From assembly GCF_009914755.1 (NCBI RefSeq), contig NC_060928.1: 64,000 nucleotides of DNA. One strand, 5' to 3'. The position numbers were made by a program, and so were the translations under genes. Below the pieces are notes generated by a model, which made no database searches, was not told the origin of the DNA, and worked only from the letters and a program-made list of their open reading frames with translations. The stretch is from the human T2T-CHM13v2.0 reference genome, Homo sapiens. Positions 43,520-58,354 of the stretch are shown piece after piece; positions within the stretch are counted from its first letter, which is position 1; each line of letters opens with the position of its first letter.

Positions 43520-43625
43520 CCTTTTCTGCTACTTTTCTCTCTTCGTTTCCTTCTTTTTCTTCATTTCTCTCCCCTTTTCCCTTATTCCTACTCTTCTTCT
43601 GCTTCCTTTTCTCTCTTCCTTTTTG
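43520..43625. repeat. CT-rich low-complexity polypyrimidine tract
   Basis: ~100 nt almost entirely C/T. Confidence 0.85.
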
Positions 43626-43914
43626 GTCTAGGTGGTTAGAATTTGTGACTGAGGAAATTTGTTTTGAAGCTTGTGTGATGTTTGGAAATAGCTGTGTTTC
43701 TCCTGGAAGCTAGAAGAGACATACCGAGAGTTAATCAGGGCAGCCATCTAGAGTTAGGCTTTAAGAGAGTGAAAACTCCTGACTTATCCAGCCTACTATA
43801 TTTAAGTAGGAAGAACAGATAGTGAGATTGAGGGATTCAACTGTTAAAGAATCAAATGTGCAATGTGTCAAATGTGTTATCTCAGGAGGGAGGATGGCAA
43901 TGATGTGTAGGGTA

Positions 43915-44487
<573 letters not shown>

Positions 44488-45801
44488 CTAGCCATATATT
44501 TTGCAGGGCGAGCTTTGGTAAGGTTTTTTCCTTTCTAGTTTGTTATTTTGAAAATGTTGGTTTTAATTCGTAGACAGACATTTTTGGTAATGATTGTCTT
44601 TCTGTTTTCAAGTTTAGAGATATAGGATATGTTGGGTATTACTTAAATTATTTCCCATGTCCCCCTGTAACTGATAGTCACAAAACAGAGGCATAGAAAG
44701 GTAAATTATTAGGGTGGCAAGCAAATTACTTTATATAGTCTACACTTCCTCATCTCCCTCACCACCTAAACTGCTTAAACTGCTGAGCAAACTCAGGACG
44801 ATAATTCAGTGACTGGTGTACTCCGATTTGAAATAACTTTTTGGATACTGAATATTAATTCAGTATTTAAATTATTACTGCAAGAGGATTTCTTAATCTG
44901 TCTTTAGCCAGTAGAATTTTTGAATAACTTGGGTATTTTTCACTGACTTTTCCTAAATAATACTGTTTTAGAATAGCCTCTCATCGTGTAGTAGGAAGAT
45001 GGTTTTGATAGTAGAGCTTCACATTGGGACAAGAAGAGCAGTAATATTGTCCAGTTCATGTGTGAATTTATTTTAGAGAACTGCCAAGTTTCTCCTCCGA
45101 TGTGCCTGTCACTTGGCCACCAGAAGGATTTCTTTCATTGCCAATCAAACCATTTAGTTTCTGATGATTGTCCTATTTTAAAAAACCCAAACATCTGATT
45201 TATTTTCCAACGTTGATACCTCAGACTTTTTTCTCCATCAAACAAGCAAGAAAGGTCATTTGAACATCTAACTGTTGACCACTCAGAGTTCTACCCCTTT
45301 TATATTCTCACTGTGTTCTGCTTGTTTCTGTTAGCTCATAAATAGCAGGTTGTGATTTTGGCTAGCATCAAGTTACTTAACGTGAGCTTACATTTATTAT
45401 ATGCAGAATGATAGGGAAATTGACTGTGTTTAGCTATCACATCTTTTTATTCCCATTTGGAGTCATTACTATTACATCTTTATGGGACAATTTAAATATC
45501 CTGTTTAGAAATAATACAATACCCTGGATAATCAGAATTCTGTTTGGCTAGGAGACCTCCTACTCCCTTGTTTCAATCATTTACTAGTGTTATCACAGTC
45601 TAATAGAAAGGTATTTTAGTATTTTCTTTTGAAATTAAGTTTATTATTCATTTTAGTAATATAAATCCAGGTTCCTATTAACTAGATTGAAGCTCACATT
45701 TCATTTTATAGCATTTTCTACAAAAAAGCAAAAAAAAGTTTGTGATCTGATTGAAATCACTATGATGTGTAATGAGAATCAGAACTTCATGGTTGTGCGA
45801 C

Positions 45802-46097
45802 TTTCTTTTTTTTTTTTTGAGACAGAGTGTCACTCTGTCACCAGGTTGGAGTGCGGTGGCACTATCTCGGCTCATTGCAACCTCCGCTCCCGGGTTCAAG
45901 CAATTCTCCTGCCTCAGCCTCCCGAGTAGCTGGGATTACAGGTGTGCGCCACCACGCCTGGCTAATTTTTGTATTTTTAGTAGAGATGGGGTTTCGCCAT
46001 GTTGGCCAGGATGGTCTCCGTCTCGTGACCTCGTGATCTGCCCGTCTTGGCCTCCCAAAGTGCTGGGATTACAGGTGTGAGCCGCCGTGCCTGGCCC
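45802..46097 (-). mobile_element. Alu (Sc-like), full length
   Basis: Poly-T, GAGACAGAGTGTCACTCTGTCACCAGG...GGCCAGGATGGTCTC. Confidence 0.95.
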
Positions 46098-46534
46098 GTT
46101 ACGCTATTTTCATGGAGAAAGACTACCATATGTAACTGAAATTGTGTAATGGTGCTCTTGTGTCTGGTCATTTATGCACCAGTAACTTGTTAAATACATA
46201 ATCTGTTTCTCATTTTCAGATTCATGTCTTCTGTTCAGTACTCAGGGCTTGTGGTTGTCTGCCTTGTGTTTAGACATACCCAGGAATCTCATTACTTTGC
46301 ATTGAAGACTGTTTTTATTTTTGGAATGTTCTGAATGTTTCCAAACTCTGAACTGTGCTGAGTATTGAAATCTTTCTTTCTGGAACTTGCACTCATAACC
46401 ACTGTTCTTACTTAGAGGATTATTAGATTCCTGGGTCCTCACTGAGACTTTCTAAACCAAGTTTCTTGTAATGAGTTTGCATAGTCTGAATTTTATAACA
46501 GTGCCCTGAGAGATTTTAAAGAGATGGGCAGTGG

Positions 46535-47664
<1,130 letters not shown>

Positions 47665-47832
47665 GATTTTGATCAGCCAAGTGTGGGAAGTACTGCTCTG
47701 TAAAACACAGTAATTCAGTCTTTTCAACGCCATCATATTTAAAGTAATTCCTAGTATGATATAATTTATGGATCTTTCTGTGTTCTGATGGTGATTGTTT
47801 CTCTGATACTGAATTGCACGTAATGTTCTTGA

Positions 47833-49023
47833 TGTCTCAGCTAAATGATTGACAAAATACCTTAGACTGGGTAATTTATAAACGACATTATTTTATGGCT
47901 CACAGTTCTGGAGACTGGGAACTCTGAGATCAAGTTGCCAGCAGATTCAGTGTCTCATGAAGGCTCACTTTGCTTCAGGATGGTACCTGATAGCTGTGCC
48001 TCACATGGAGGAAGGGCAAAGAGGCTAACAAGCTTCCTCAGGCCTCTTTTATAAATATTACTAATTTTATTCATGGAGATGGAGTCCTCATGACCTGATC
48101 ACCTCCTAAAGGTCCCACATCTAAATACTGAATTTGAGATTAAGTTTGAATATATGAATTTTGGAGGGAATAAACATTCAGAACATAGCATTCTGTCCCT
48201 GTGTGATGGTTAATATTAGGTGTCAACTTGGTTGGATTGAAGGATGCTTAGATAGCAGGTAAAGCATTGTTTCTGCATATGTTTGTGAGGGTGTTGCCAG
48301 AGGAGACTGACATTTGAGTCAGTGGACTTGGAAGAGGAAGACCCACCCTCAATGTAGGTGGGCACCATCCAGTCGGCTGCCAGCACCGCTAGAACAAAGC
48401 AGGCAGAAGAAGATGGGATTATCTGTCTTGCTGAGGCTTCTGGCTTTCATCTTTCTCCCACGCTGGATGCTTCCTTCTGTTCCTCCTGCCTTTGGACCTC
48501 AGACTTCAGGTTCTTCGGCCTTTGGACTCTTGGAATTAACACCAGTGGTTTGCTGGGGCTCTTGGGCTTTTGGCCACAGGCTGAAGGCTGCACTGTAGGC
48601 GTCTCTGCTTTTGAGGCTTTTGAACTCCGACTGAGCCACTACTGGCTTCTTTCTTCCCCAGCTTGCAGATGGCCTATCGTGGGACTTCATCTTGTGATCA
48701 TGTGAGCCAATTCTCCCCAATAAATTCCCATATATATATATGGGATATATATATATATCTCCTGTTGGTTCTGTCCCTCTGAAGAACCCTGACTAATACA
48801 CCCTGGTGTCCCAAAATTCATGTCCTTCTCACATGCAAAATACATTCATTTCATCTTGGTAGCCCCAAAAGTCTTAACTTGTTCCAGCATCAACTTGAAA
48901 ATCTGAAGTGCAGAGTCTCGTTTAAATATCTAAATCGGGTATGGGTGAGACTCAAGTTATGATTCACCTTGAGGCAAATTGCTCTCCAGCTGTGAACCTG
49001 TGAGATCAAACAGGTTATGTGCT
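47833..49023 (-). mobile_element. MaLR (MSTC/MLT1A-like) LTR plus adjacent internal sequence, split by an MLT2B LTR
   Basis: LTR: ACAAAATACCTTAGACTGGGTAATTTATA...CACAGTTCTGGAGACTGGGA...AAACATTCAGAACATAGCA; internal: CCAAAATTCATGTCCTTCTCACATGCAAAATACATTCA. Confidence 0.8.
48202..48800 (+). mobile_element. MLT2B-type ERVL solo LTR
   Basis: TGTGATGGTTAATATTAGGTGTCAACTTG...GAACCCTGACTAATACA; perfect TSD CCCTG at 48197-48201 and 48801-48805. Confidence 0.9.
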
Positions 49024-50286
49024 CATATATATAAGGCACTCATTAACCATTTGCTGAAAGAATGGAACCTCATGGCAAACTAATCTAACTCTGACTTTTA
49101 AGATTACAGTAAAATATTGGTCTCAGCATTCAATAATTATCAACAGTTGGTAGTACTGATAATTTTTGGTGTACACAAGGAAAGCCCTAAATGGATTCTA
49201 GATTTACCTGCAACTTCTGGTAGTGAATTCTTGTTCTCTCTAACAGAAATGGCTTTAGCCTTATCCTTATATTTGAGTGCTTCTGGGCTGTTACTTTGAA
49301 GGGCAGAGGTGATTTGATTCATCAAAGCACTAACGTAATGAGTGGGAGAGGATGAATCAGCAGACAGTGTGCTGGAGAAATACTCTGCCAGGCAAACCAA
49401 AATCTTGCTTCTCTGCTCCTTCACTCCCTCCTTGGTATGGACTTTGCTCAACTGGGAACAGTGACATTGCTTAATAGATTTTTCCCTAACTGCTGTCAGC
49501 ACCCTGCCCTCTGCCAATCTCAGCATTACCCAGAGCACAGGAACACATGGTCCACCACTGCAGTAGAACAAGAATCTTCAGTGTTGCTTCAGTTTATTTT
49601 ACTCTTAGTTTTAAAAAAGAAAAAGAAAAAAAGAGGCACTGACATAAGAACATTTCCTTTCCATTTCTAGCTGTTTTTTGTGATTGTGCATTTGATTTCT
49701 GTAGGGGAAGTAAAACAGCTAGAGTTAAATCAATGCTGTGTGACGAGAGACCAGAGAGCTAGAAGTGATCTACTAACATTTGGTGCTGTCTTGATAAAAG
49801 CCAACTGTGTAGGCTGGCTTATTGGGCAAAAAATAAATAAATAAACTTAGGATTGTGAAAAAAGGTACAGGAAACTTATTAAGTGGTATTGGTGGAAGTT
49901 CTAACCTAAACAAAGAGCTGGAAGGAAAAGGCTCCCTTGGAGGTCAGAAACTTGGCTCCTTGGGTCAAGTGTTGATGGGCCTTGGTTTTGAAAGGCTACA
50001 GCTGTATAAAGGAGTCTGTTGCCATACGTCCTGGGGCTGGAATGGGCTGAAGACTTTCTCATCTTCTCTAAGGGATAGGAGAACATACTTAGTAGAAAAT
50101 GCACTGATAGGAGGAACCAGGAGTTGGCAAGCATGGATTTCTTGGAAACAATCTGGCATCCAGGAGTAATAGCACATAATATATACAATCTGTTATAAAG
50201 AATAAAATCACACTAGTTGATATGGAAGCAGACTGTAAACTTAGATTGTTCAGAAGTTATTTATCATCCTATACTGTGCTCTTTAT

Positions 50287-50333
50287 CATTACTTTCAATG
50301 GCAAAAACTGTGATTACTTTTGCACCAACCTAA
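50287..50333. mobile_element. Half MADE1 (Hsmar1-derived MITE)
   Basis: CATTACTTTCAATGGCAAAAACTGTGATTACTTTTGCACCAACCTAA followed by TA. Confidence 0.85.
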
Positions 50334-50669
50334 TATGACTTTTGGCAGCCTTGCTATCCTTGACTCTCAGTTTTCTTGTTACTTTCTCCCTATGCTGTAG
50401 ACACCTTTAATTGCCTGCCATTCCTTGGAAATGGTAGTGTTTTCATATCATCGTGTCTTTCACATGTTTTTTGTTTTTGCTTGCAGTACATACTTCTTTC
50501 CTTTTTTTGTTTCTGCAAATTCCAAACCATGTTTTATTACTCAAAGCAGTTGTCATCATCTCTTGAGAAACTGTCTTCATGCCTCCAAAGTGTATTAGTT
50601 GTTCCAGTCTTTGTGTTATTGATAGCTTGTATACATTTCATCATTATATCATAATGGCCCAGATTATCT

Positions 50670-51057
50670 TTTCTCTTTGCTTGTCCCTCTGCCTGGAATG
50701 CCTTGTCTCTGGATATCTGCTTGCTCTCTCCTTTACTTTGTTTTGGTCTCTGGTCTCTGTTCAAATGTCACCCCTGCCAGAAGTCTTCCCTGACTACCCA
50801 AACTTAAAATAGCATTTCTTGGCATTTTCAGTACCCTTTCTCTGCTCTATTTTTCTTTTGTAGTACATCTTTTACTTCCAGACATTTTATTACATATTTA
50901 TGTTTATTTGTTGATTTTCTCTTTCCCCCTACTGAATTTAAGTTGCATGAATGCAAGGACCTCATTTTGTTCATTGCCATATGATGCCATGCCTACAACA
51001 GCCTAGCACTTAGTAGATACTTAGCAAGTATTTGTTGAATGATAGAATGAATGAATA
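50670..51057 (+). mobile_element. L2 3' fragment
   Basis: GTCCCTCTGCCTGGAATGCC...TCAAATGTCACC...TCTTCCCTGACTACCC...GCCTAGCACTTAGTAG...ATTTGTTGAATGATAGAATGAATGAA. Confidence 0.82.
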
Positions 51058-51070
51058 TTTTATTTCTCCA

Positions 51071-51507
51071 TGTATTAGGGTTCTCTAGAGGGACAGAACT
51101 AATGGAATATATATGTAAAGGTGAGTTTATTAAGTATTAACTCACGTGATCACAAGGTCCCACAATAGGCTGTCTGCAAGCTGAGGAGCAAGGAGAGCCA
51201 CTCTGAGTCCCAAAACTGAAGAACTTGGAGTCCGATGTTTGAGGGCAAGAAGAATGCAGCACGGGAGAAAGATGTAGGCTGGGAGGCTAGGCCAGTCTCT
51301 CTTTTCACATTTTTCTGTCTGCTTTATATTCTAGCCATGTTGGCAGCTGATTAGATGATGCCCACCTAGATTAAGGCTGGGTCTGCCTTTCCCAGCCCAC
51401 TGACTCAAATGTTAATCTCCTTTGTCAACACCCTCACAGACACACCCGGGATCAATACTTTGTATCCTTCAATCCAATCAAGTTGCCACGCAGTATCAAC
51501 CATCACA
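51071..51507 (-). mobile_element. MLT2A (MLT2A1/2-like; HERV-L) solo LTR
   Basis: TGTATTAGGGTTCTCTAGAGGGACAGAACTAATGGAATA...CAATCCAATCAAGTTG...AACCATCACA; near-TSD CTCCA / CCCCA. Confidence 0.9.
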
Positions 51508-52237
51508 CCCCACTAGTTTAATAGTTCATTCTTACAGTCATCAGCATCTGGCACTTATGTAATCACTCAGTAAACGTATAGTAAATGAATAAATGCATAG
51601 TTCAGTATTAAATGTCAGGGGGCTCAACTGTTACCAGTGGAAAGAAGATTCTTGTTCTTTAGATGAATTCTTTCTAAAGAAACAACAATTTAAGGTCTGA
51701 AAAAGTAGAAAAGGTAGATTATTCCCACTCCTAGTTTTCTCTGGAGTTTTCCACTCCAGTTTTTGGGTTTCTATTGGTGATGTGGTTTTAGGTTTTTGAG
51801 AAATACCCATGTTTGCTGGATAAGACAAGAGGAAATTATTTGGAAGATCTGTGTAAATATTTGCACACCATGTTTTTTTCCAAATAAATTCTTTGATGAC
51901 ATCCTAGATTTTTTTTGTCTGTCTTCATGTGTTTGGAATGGTTCCCCAATCTGCATTCTTAGTGATGTCTGCTTGAAACAGTTTACCATGCCCCTTTTTC
52001 CTGTTGCTGTGTATTAGATTATTATACGAAAACGCAGACCTTTTAGTAATTTTCAGTTTTACTTCTGTATGTTTAACTTTGATTATTGTTCATCTGATAG
52101 TCCTAATTTTGTTGCTGTTTTAATCAGTTTTGCAATGATCTCGTCTTTTTCATCTTAGACCCAGAGCTGATTTTAACCACTTAATGCTAATCTCAAGAAT
52201 TCTCTCAGTTATTTTAATATTTTAAAACAGGAAAATA

Positions 52238-52422
52238 GGCTGGCCACAGTGGCTCACACCTGTAATCCTAGCACTTTGGGAGACTGAGGCAGGCGGATCA
52301 CTTGAGGTCAGGAATTCGAGACCAGCCTGGCCAACATGGTGAAACCCCATCTCTACTAAAAAAATACAAAAATTAACTGGGCATGATAGTACAAATAAAA
52401 TAAAATAAGGAAATAAAAATAA
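52238..52422 (+). mobile_element. Alu left arm, linker and ~15 nt of right arm, then A-rich tail
   Basis: GGCTGGCCACAGTGGCTCACACC...AAAAATTAACTGGGCATGATAG followed directly by (AAAAT)n. Confidence 0.9.
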
Positions 52423-53109
52423 TACGTATGTAGCAACTGGAGAAGAATACAAATTTGTTGCCCACATGAAAAATGAGTATTAGTGTTAATAACTGTTTAG
52501 ACTAATGAAAAATTGTAAAGTCTATGTAAATATTTATCACCTCTTAGAATTGAAAAGAACCCTAGAAACATTTGATCTAACCATCTTGTACAGCTAAGCG
52601 GAATGAGGCCAGAGATATAATTGGCTTGCCCAAAGTCACAACATTTGTTAGTGGTAATAGTGCTAGAATTGGCCTCAGGTTTCCTTTATACTACTAAGGG
52701 TTGCAAGGGCATGGGCTGTCAGGCACTTTCATACATAGTTTGTGGAATTATAAATGGCCACAAATATTCTGGCTAGCAACCTAGTATCATAGAACAGAAA
52801 TTTTAGTGTGCATACCTTTTTATTATTTTTTTTTATTTTTAATTTTTGTGGGTACATGGTAGGTGTATATATTTATCGGGTACCTGAGATGTTTTCGTAC
52901 AGGCATGCAATGCATAATAATCACATCGTGGAGAATCGGGTCTCCATCCCCTGAAGCATTTATCCTTTGTGTTACAAACAATCCAATAACACTCTTATTT
53001 TAAAATGTACAATTAAGTTATTATTGACTATAGTCACCCTGTTGTACTATCAAGTAGTAAGTCTCATACATTCCTTTTAAATATTTTTTACTCATCAGAC
53101 ATCCCCCCC

Positions 53110-53132
53110 AACACACACACACACACACACAC
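53110..53132. repeat. (AC)n microsatellite within L1 3' UTR
   Basis: ACACACACACACACACACACAC. Confidence 0.9.
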
Positions 53133-53456
53133 CCCTCCACTACATTTCCCAGCCTCTGGTAACCATCCTTCTACTCTCTGTGTCAATGAATTCAATTATT
53201 TTGGCTTTTTTGGTCCCGCAGATAAGTGAAAATATGCTTATCTTTCTGTGCCTGGCTTTTTATACTTAACATAATGATCTCCACTTCCATTCATGTGGTT
53301 GCAAATGACAGGATCTCATTCCTTTTTATGGCTGAATAGTACTCCAGTGTGTATATGTATCACATTTTCTTTGTCCATTCATCTGTTGATGGACACTTAG
53401 GTTGCCTCCAAATCTTGGCTGTTATGAACACTGCTGCAACAAACATGAAAGTGTAG

Positions 53457-53828
<372 letters not shown>

Positions 53829-55636
53829 AGTAGCTGTATTTTTAATGTTGAGGAGCCTTCAAACTGTTCTCCATAGTGTTGTACTAATTTACGTTCCCAC
53901 CAACAGTGTACAAGGGTTCCCTTTTCTCCAAATCCTTGCCAGCATTTGTTATTGCCTGTATTTTGGAAGAAAGCAATCTTAATTGGGATGAGATGATATC
54001 TCATAGTTTTGATTTGCATTTCTCTGATGATCAGTGTTGAGCACCTTTTCATATGCCTGCTTGCCATTTGTACGTCTTTTGAGAAATGTCTATTCAAATC
54101 TTTTGCCAATTTTTTTATTGGATTATTAGATTTTTTTTTTCATAGCGTTGTTTGTCAGATGGGTAGTTTGCAATTTTTTTCTCCTATTCTGTGTTTTGTC
54201 TCTTTGTTGATGGTTTTCTTTGTTGTGTAGAAGCTTTTAAAGTTGATGTGTCCCATTTGTCCATTTTTTTGCTTTGGATGCCTATGCTAGTAGGGTATTG
54301 CCGAAGAAATTTTTGCCCAGACCAATGTCCTGGAGAGTTTCTCCAGTGTTTTCTTGTAATAGTTTCATAGTTTGAGGTGTTTGAGTTAAGTCTTTAATCC
54401 ATTTTGGTTTGATTTTTGTATATGATGAGAGATAGACGTCTAATTTCATTCTTCTGCATATGGATGTTCAGTTTTCCCAGCACCATTTATTAAAGAGACT
54501 GTCTTTTTCCCAGTGTATGGTCTTGGCACTTCTGTTGAAAATGAGTTTCTTGCAGGTATGTGGATTTGTTTCCGGATTCTCTATTCTGTTCATTTGTTTA
54601 TATTTCTGTTTTTATCAGTACCATGCTGTTTTGGTTAATATAACCCTGTAGTGTAATTTGAAATAAGGTAATGTGATTCCTCCAGTTTTGTTCTTTGTGC
54701 TAAGGATAGCTTTGGCTATTCTGGGTCTTTTATGTTTCCACGTAAATTTTAGGATTGCTTTTTCTGTTTCTGTGAAGAATGTCATTGGTATTTTGATAGA
54801 GATTCCATTGAATTTATAGATTGCTTTGGGCAGTATGGACATTTTAACAATATTGATTCTTTCAATCCATGAACATGGAATATCTTTCCATTTGTTCCTG
54901 TCCTCTTCCATTTCTTTCATCAGCATTTTATAGTTTTCATTGTAGAGATCTTCTTTGGATAAGTTAATTCTGAGGTACTTAATTTAATTTGTGGCTGTTG
55001 TAAATGGGATTACTTTTTTGAATTGTTCATTTTTGGCATATAGAAATGCTACTGATTTTTGTGTGTTGACTTTGTATCCTGCAACTTTACTGAATTTGTT
55101 TATTAGTTCTAAATGGTTTGTGTGCGTGTGTGTATTCTTCAGGTTTTTCCAAATATAAGATCATATCATCTGCAAATAAGGATAATTTGACTTCTTCCTC
55201 TCCAGTTTGGAACGTTGTATCTTTTTTGTTTGTTTGTTTGATTGTTCTAGCTAGGACTTCCAGTACTGTGTTGAGTAAGAGTGATGAAAATGGCCATTCT
55301 TGTCATGTTGCAGATTTTAGAGGAAAGGTTTTCAGTTTTTCCCCATTCAGTATGATACTAGCTGTGGGTCTGTCATATATGGCTTTTATTATGTTGTGGT
55401 ATGTTCCTCTATTCCCAGTTTTTTGAGGGTTTATATCATGTAGGGATGTTGATTTTATCAAATGCTTTTTCAGCATCAATTGAAATGATCATATGGTTTT
55501 TGTCCTTCATCTTGTTGATATGATGTATCACACTGATTAATTTACATTTGTTTAACCATCCTTGCATCCCAGGGATAAATCCCACTTGGTCATGGTGAAT
55601 GATCTTTCTAATGTATTGTTGAATTCGGTTTGCTAG

Positions 55637-55983
<347 letters not shown>

Positions 55984-57099
55984 TCATTAGAGATATTGGC
56001 CTGCAGTTTTCTTTTTCTGATGTGTCTTTGTCTGGTTTTGGAATCAGGGTAATACTGGCCTCATATAATGAATTTGAAAATATTCCCTTCTTTTTTACTT
56101 TTCAGAACAGTTTAAGTAGGATTGTATTAGTTCTTCAGATGTTTGGTAGACTTCAGCAATGAAGCCATTGGGTCCAAGGCTTTTCTTTACTGGGAGACTT
56201 TCTGTTACGGCTTTGGTCTCATTACTTACTATTGGTCTGTTCAGGTTTTGGATTTCTTCCTGGTTCAGTCTTGGTAAGTTATATGTGTCTAGGAATTTGT
56301 CCCTTCTTCTAGATTTTCCAATTTATTGGCATACAGTTGCTCATAGTAGCCACTAATGATCCTTTGGATTTCTGCAGTATCAGTAGTAATTTAGTCTCCT
56401 TTTTAATTTCTGATTTTATTTTTAAATGTGCATACTTTTTAAGAAAGAATTTCTAAAGAAAAGATACATATGCCAAAATAGAAGTATAATATTATTCATC
56501 ACTTTATGTATAACAACAAAAAAATTAGGAAGTAACTTAAAAGACTAAATAGTAGCCTGTTGACTAAATACCTTTGATTTGCAGTGTGGCAGTTCATCAG
56601 ATGTTTATTGTGTTTTGTGTTTACGTCTGTGTATGATAGCCCTAAATAGAAATATAAGATACAGTTAGTTTGAGGAGCATTGTATTATGGAGAGTTGGGT
56701 ACACATGTGAAAAGTGGAATAGTATAAAACAGTAGATGAGAGAAAGAGCCTTGCCTCTTCTTTAATATCTTTTCTTAGAATTGAAGGTAATGCCTTATGG
56801 GAATAGGGCCTTATTAAATGTTAATGATTAACATTTTGAAGATTATTAAGGTTTTTAAAAAGCGAATCCCTGTTTTTATAAGCTATACTTACCTTAGCAT
56901 GTGAAATCATGATTTTGCACTATTTGGAATAAGCATTCTGTTTTAAAAGTTCTTAAATTTTCTTGAGCTTTTTGTTTTGAAATATCTTTAGCTTGTGGGT
57001 TTTGAAAGGCCTGTGATTTTTCCTCCTGTCGTAGAAGTATGCTGGCCTGGTGTTTACCAACCACACTTAGAGAAACTCTGTTCTCACATTTCATTAAAT

Positions 57100-57250
57100 C
57101 GTAAGTTCCTATAATTTTTTTGGTTATAGACGCCTTTGAGGATTTGTGAAAAGTCGTGGTCCCACTCAATGGAATATACATGCATGCTTGCACAGAATTT
57201 GCATACAATTTCAGAAGATTTGTCTCATCATTGAGGGAGGGTTGAAATGT
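57100..57250 (-). mobile_element. MER103-like hAT-Charlie fragment
   Basis: GACGCCTTTGAGGATTTGTGAAAAG...ACAGAATTTGCATACAATTTCAG resembles the recalled MER103C reverse complement. Confidence 0.45.
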
Positions 57251-58018
57251 ATGATTATCATTGTTAATCCATTCCCAGGTATGCTAGATTTGACTAATTT
57301 GCTTTTAGTCTTTATAATTATTTGTGACATTTCCTATCATTTCTCTCACTATTCCAGAGTAGGCTATATAGAAACACTGATTTCTCTGTAATTAACAAAT
57401 TTGTTTGATTTTCAGATGTTTGTGGATGTGTTCTTTTTACAGACTATCATACTTTCACATTTCTAGTAGGATATTCACACATTAACACTTTGGATTTAGA
57501 CATATGTAGATTAGCTATAAGTCAGAAGTGTTAATGAGGCATCTCAATAGTAAATCACAGTTGATGAAGACATGTTTCTATTTATTAGGACTTTGGTAGA
57601 GTAGAGTAAGATGCTGTTTTACTAAATAAGGGCTCATCATAGGAAATAAACTTAGACTACTAGAACAGACCGTGCTGTATCAGCAAAAGCCCTGTGTTTG
57701 AACTAGATAGCTCCATGGCTACATAAGGAAAAGAGACATAATTGTCCTCTTCTGTTTGCTTTTATAAGGGAGGATGACACGTACTTTGAGGTATTCTCCT
57801 CATTGCTACCATATAAGGTGTATTCTCTAACTTTTGAGTAAAATTGGCATAACCAAAATAAGGCCCACTGTTAAAGTAAGTACTGCTCATATGAGTCAGG
57901 ATTACACATTTGCTCACAGAGAGACATCGGTGATTGCTTGTTTTATTTCCCTACCATTCTAACCTACAAAAAGCCTTATCATTTTATTTCACAGAAAAAG
58001 GTAATAAATCCAAAGCAG

Positions 58019-58042
58019 TCTCTCTCTCTCTCTCTCTCTCTC
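58019..58042. repeat. (TC)n microsatellite at Alu tail
   Basis: TCTCTCTCTCTCTCTCTCTCTCTC. Confidence 0.9.

Positions 58043-58354
<312 letters not shown>

Noticed and set aside
49140-49571. 143-aa ORF on the - strand outside obvious repeats
   Set aside because: Starts at a non-ATG codon, has no recognisable domain, and its length is plausible by chance in 64 kb.
49030-49640. Second possible poly(A)/TSD insert (AGGCACT repeated, A-rich run at 49613-49632)
   Set aside because: The repeat is only 7 bp, the left copy looks like an L2 3' tail, and no poly(A) signal precedes the A-run.
50287-50335. miR-548-like sequence
   Set aside because: Only one MADE1 arm is present, so the long hairpin needed for Drosha processing cannot form.
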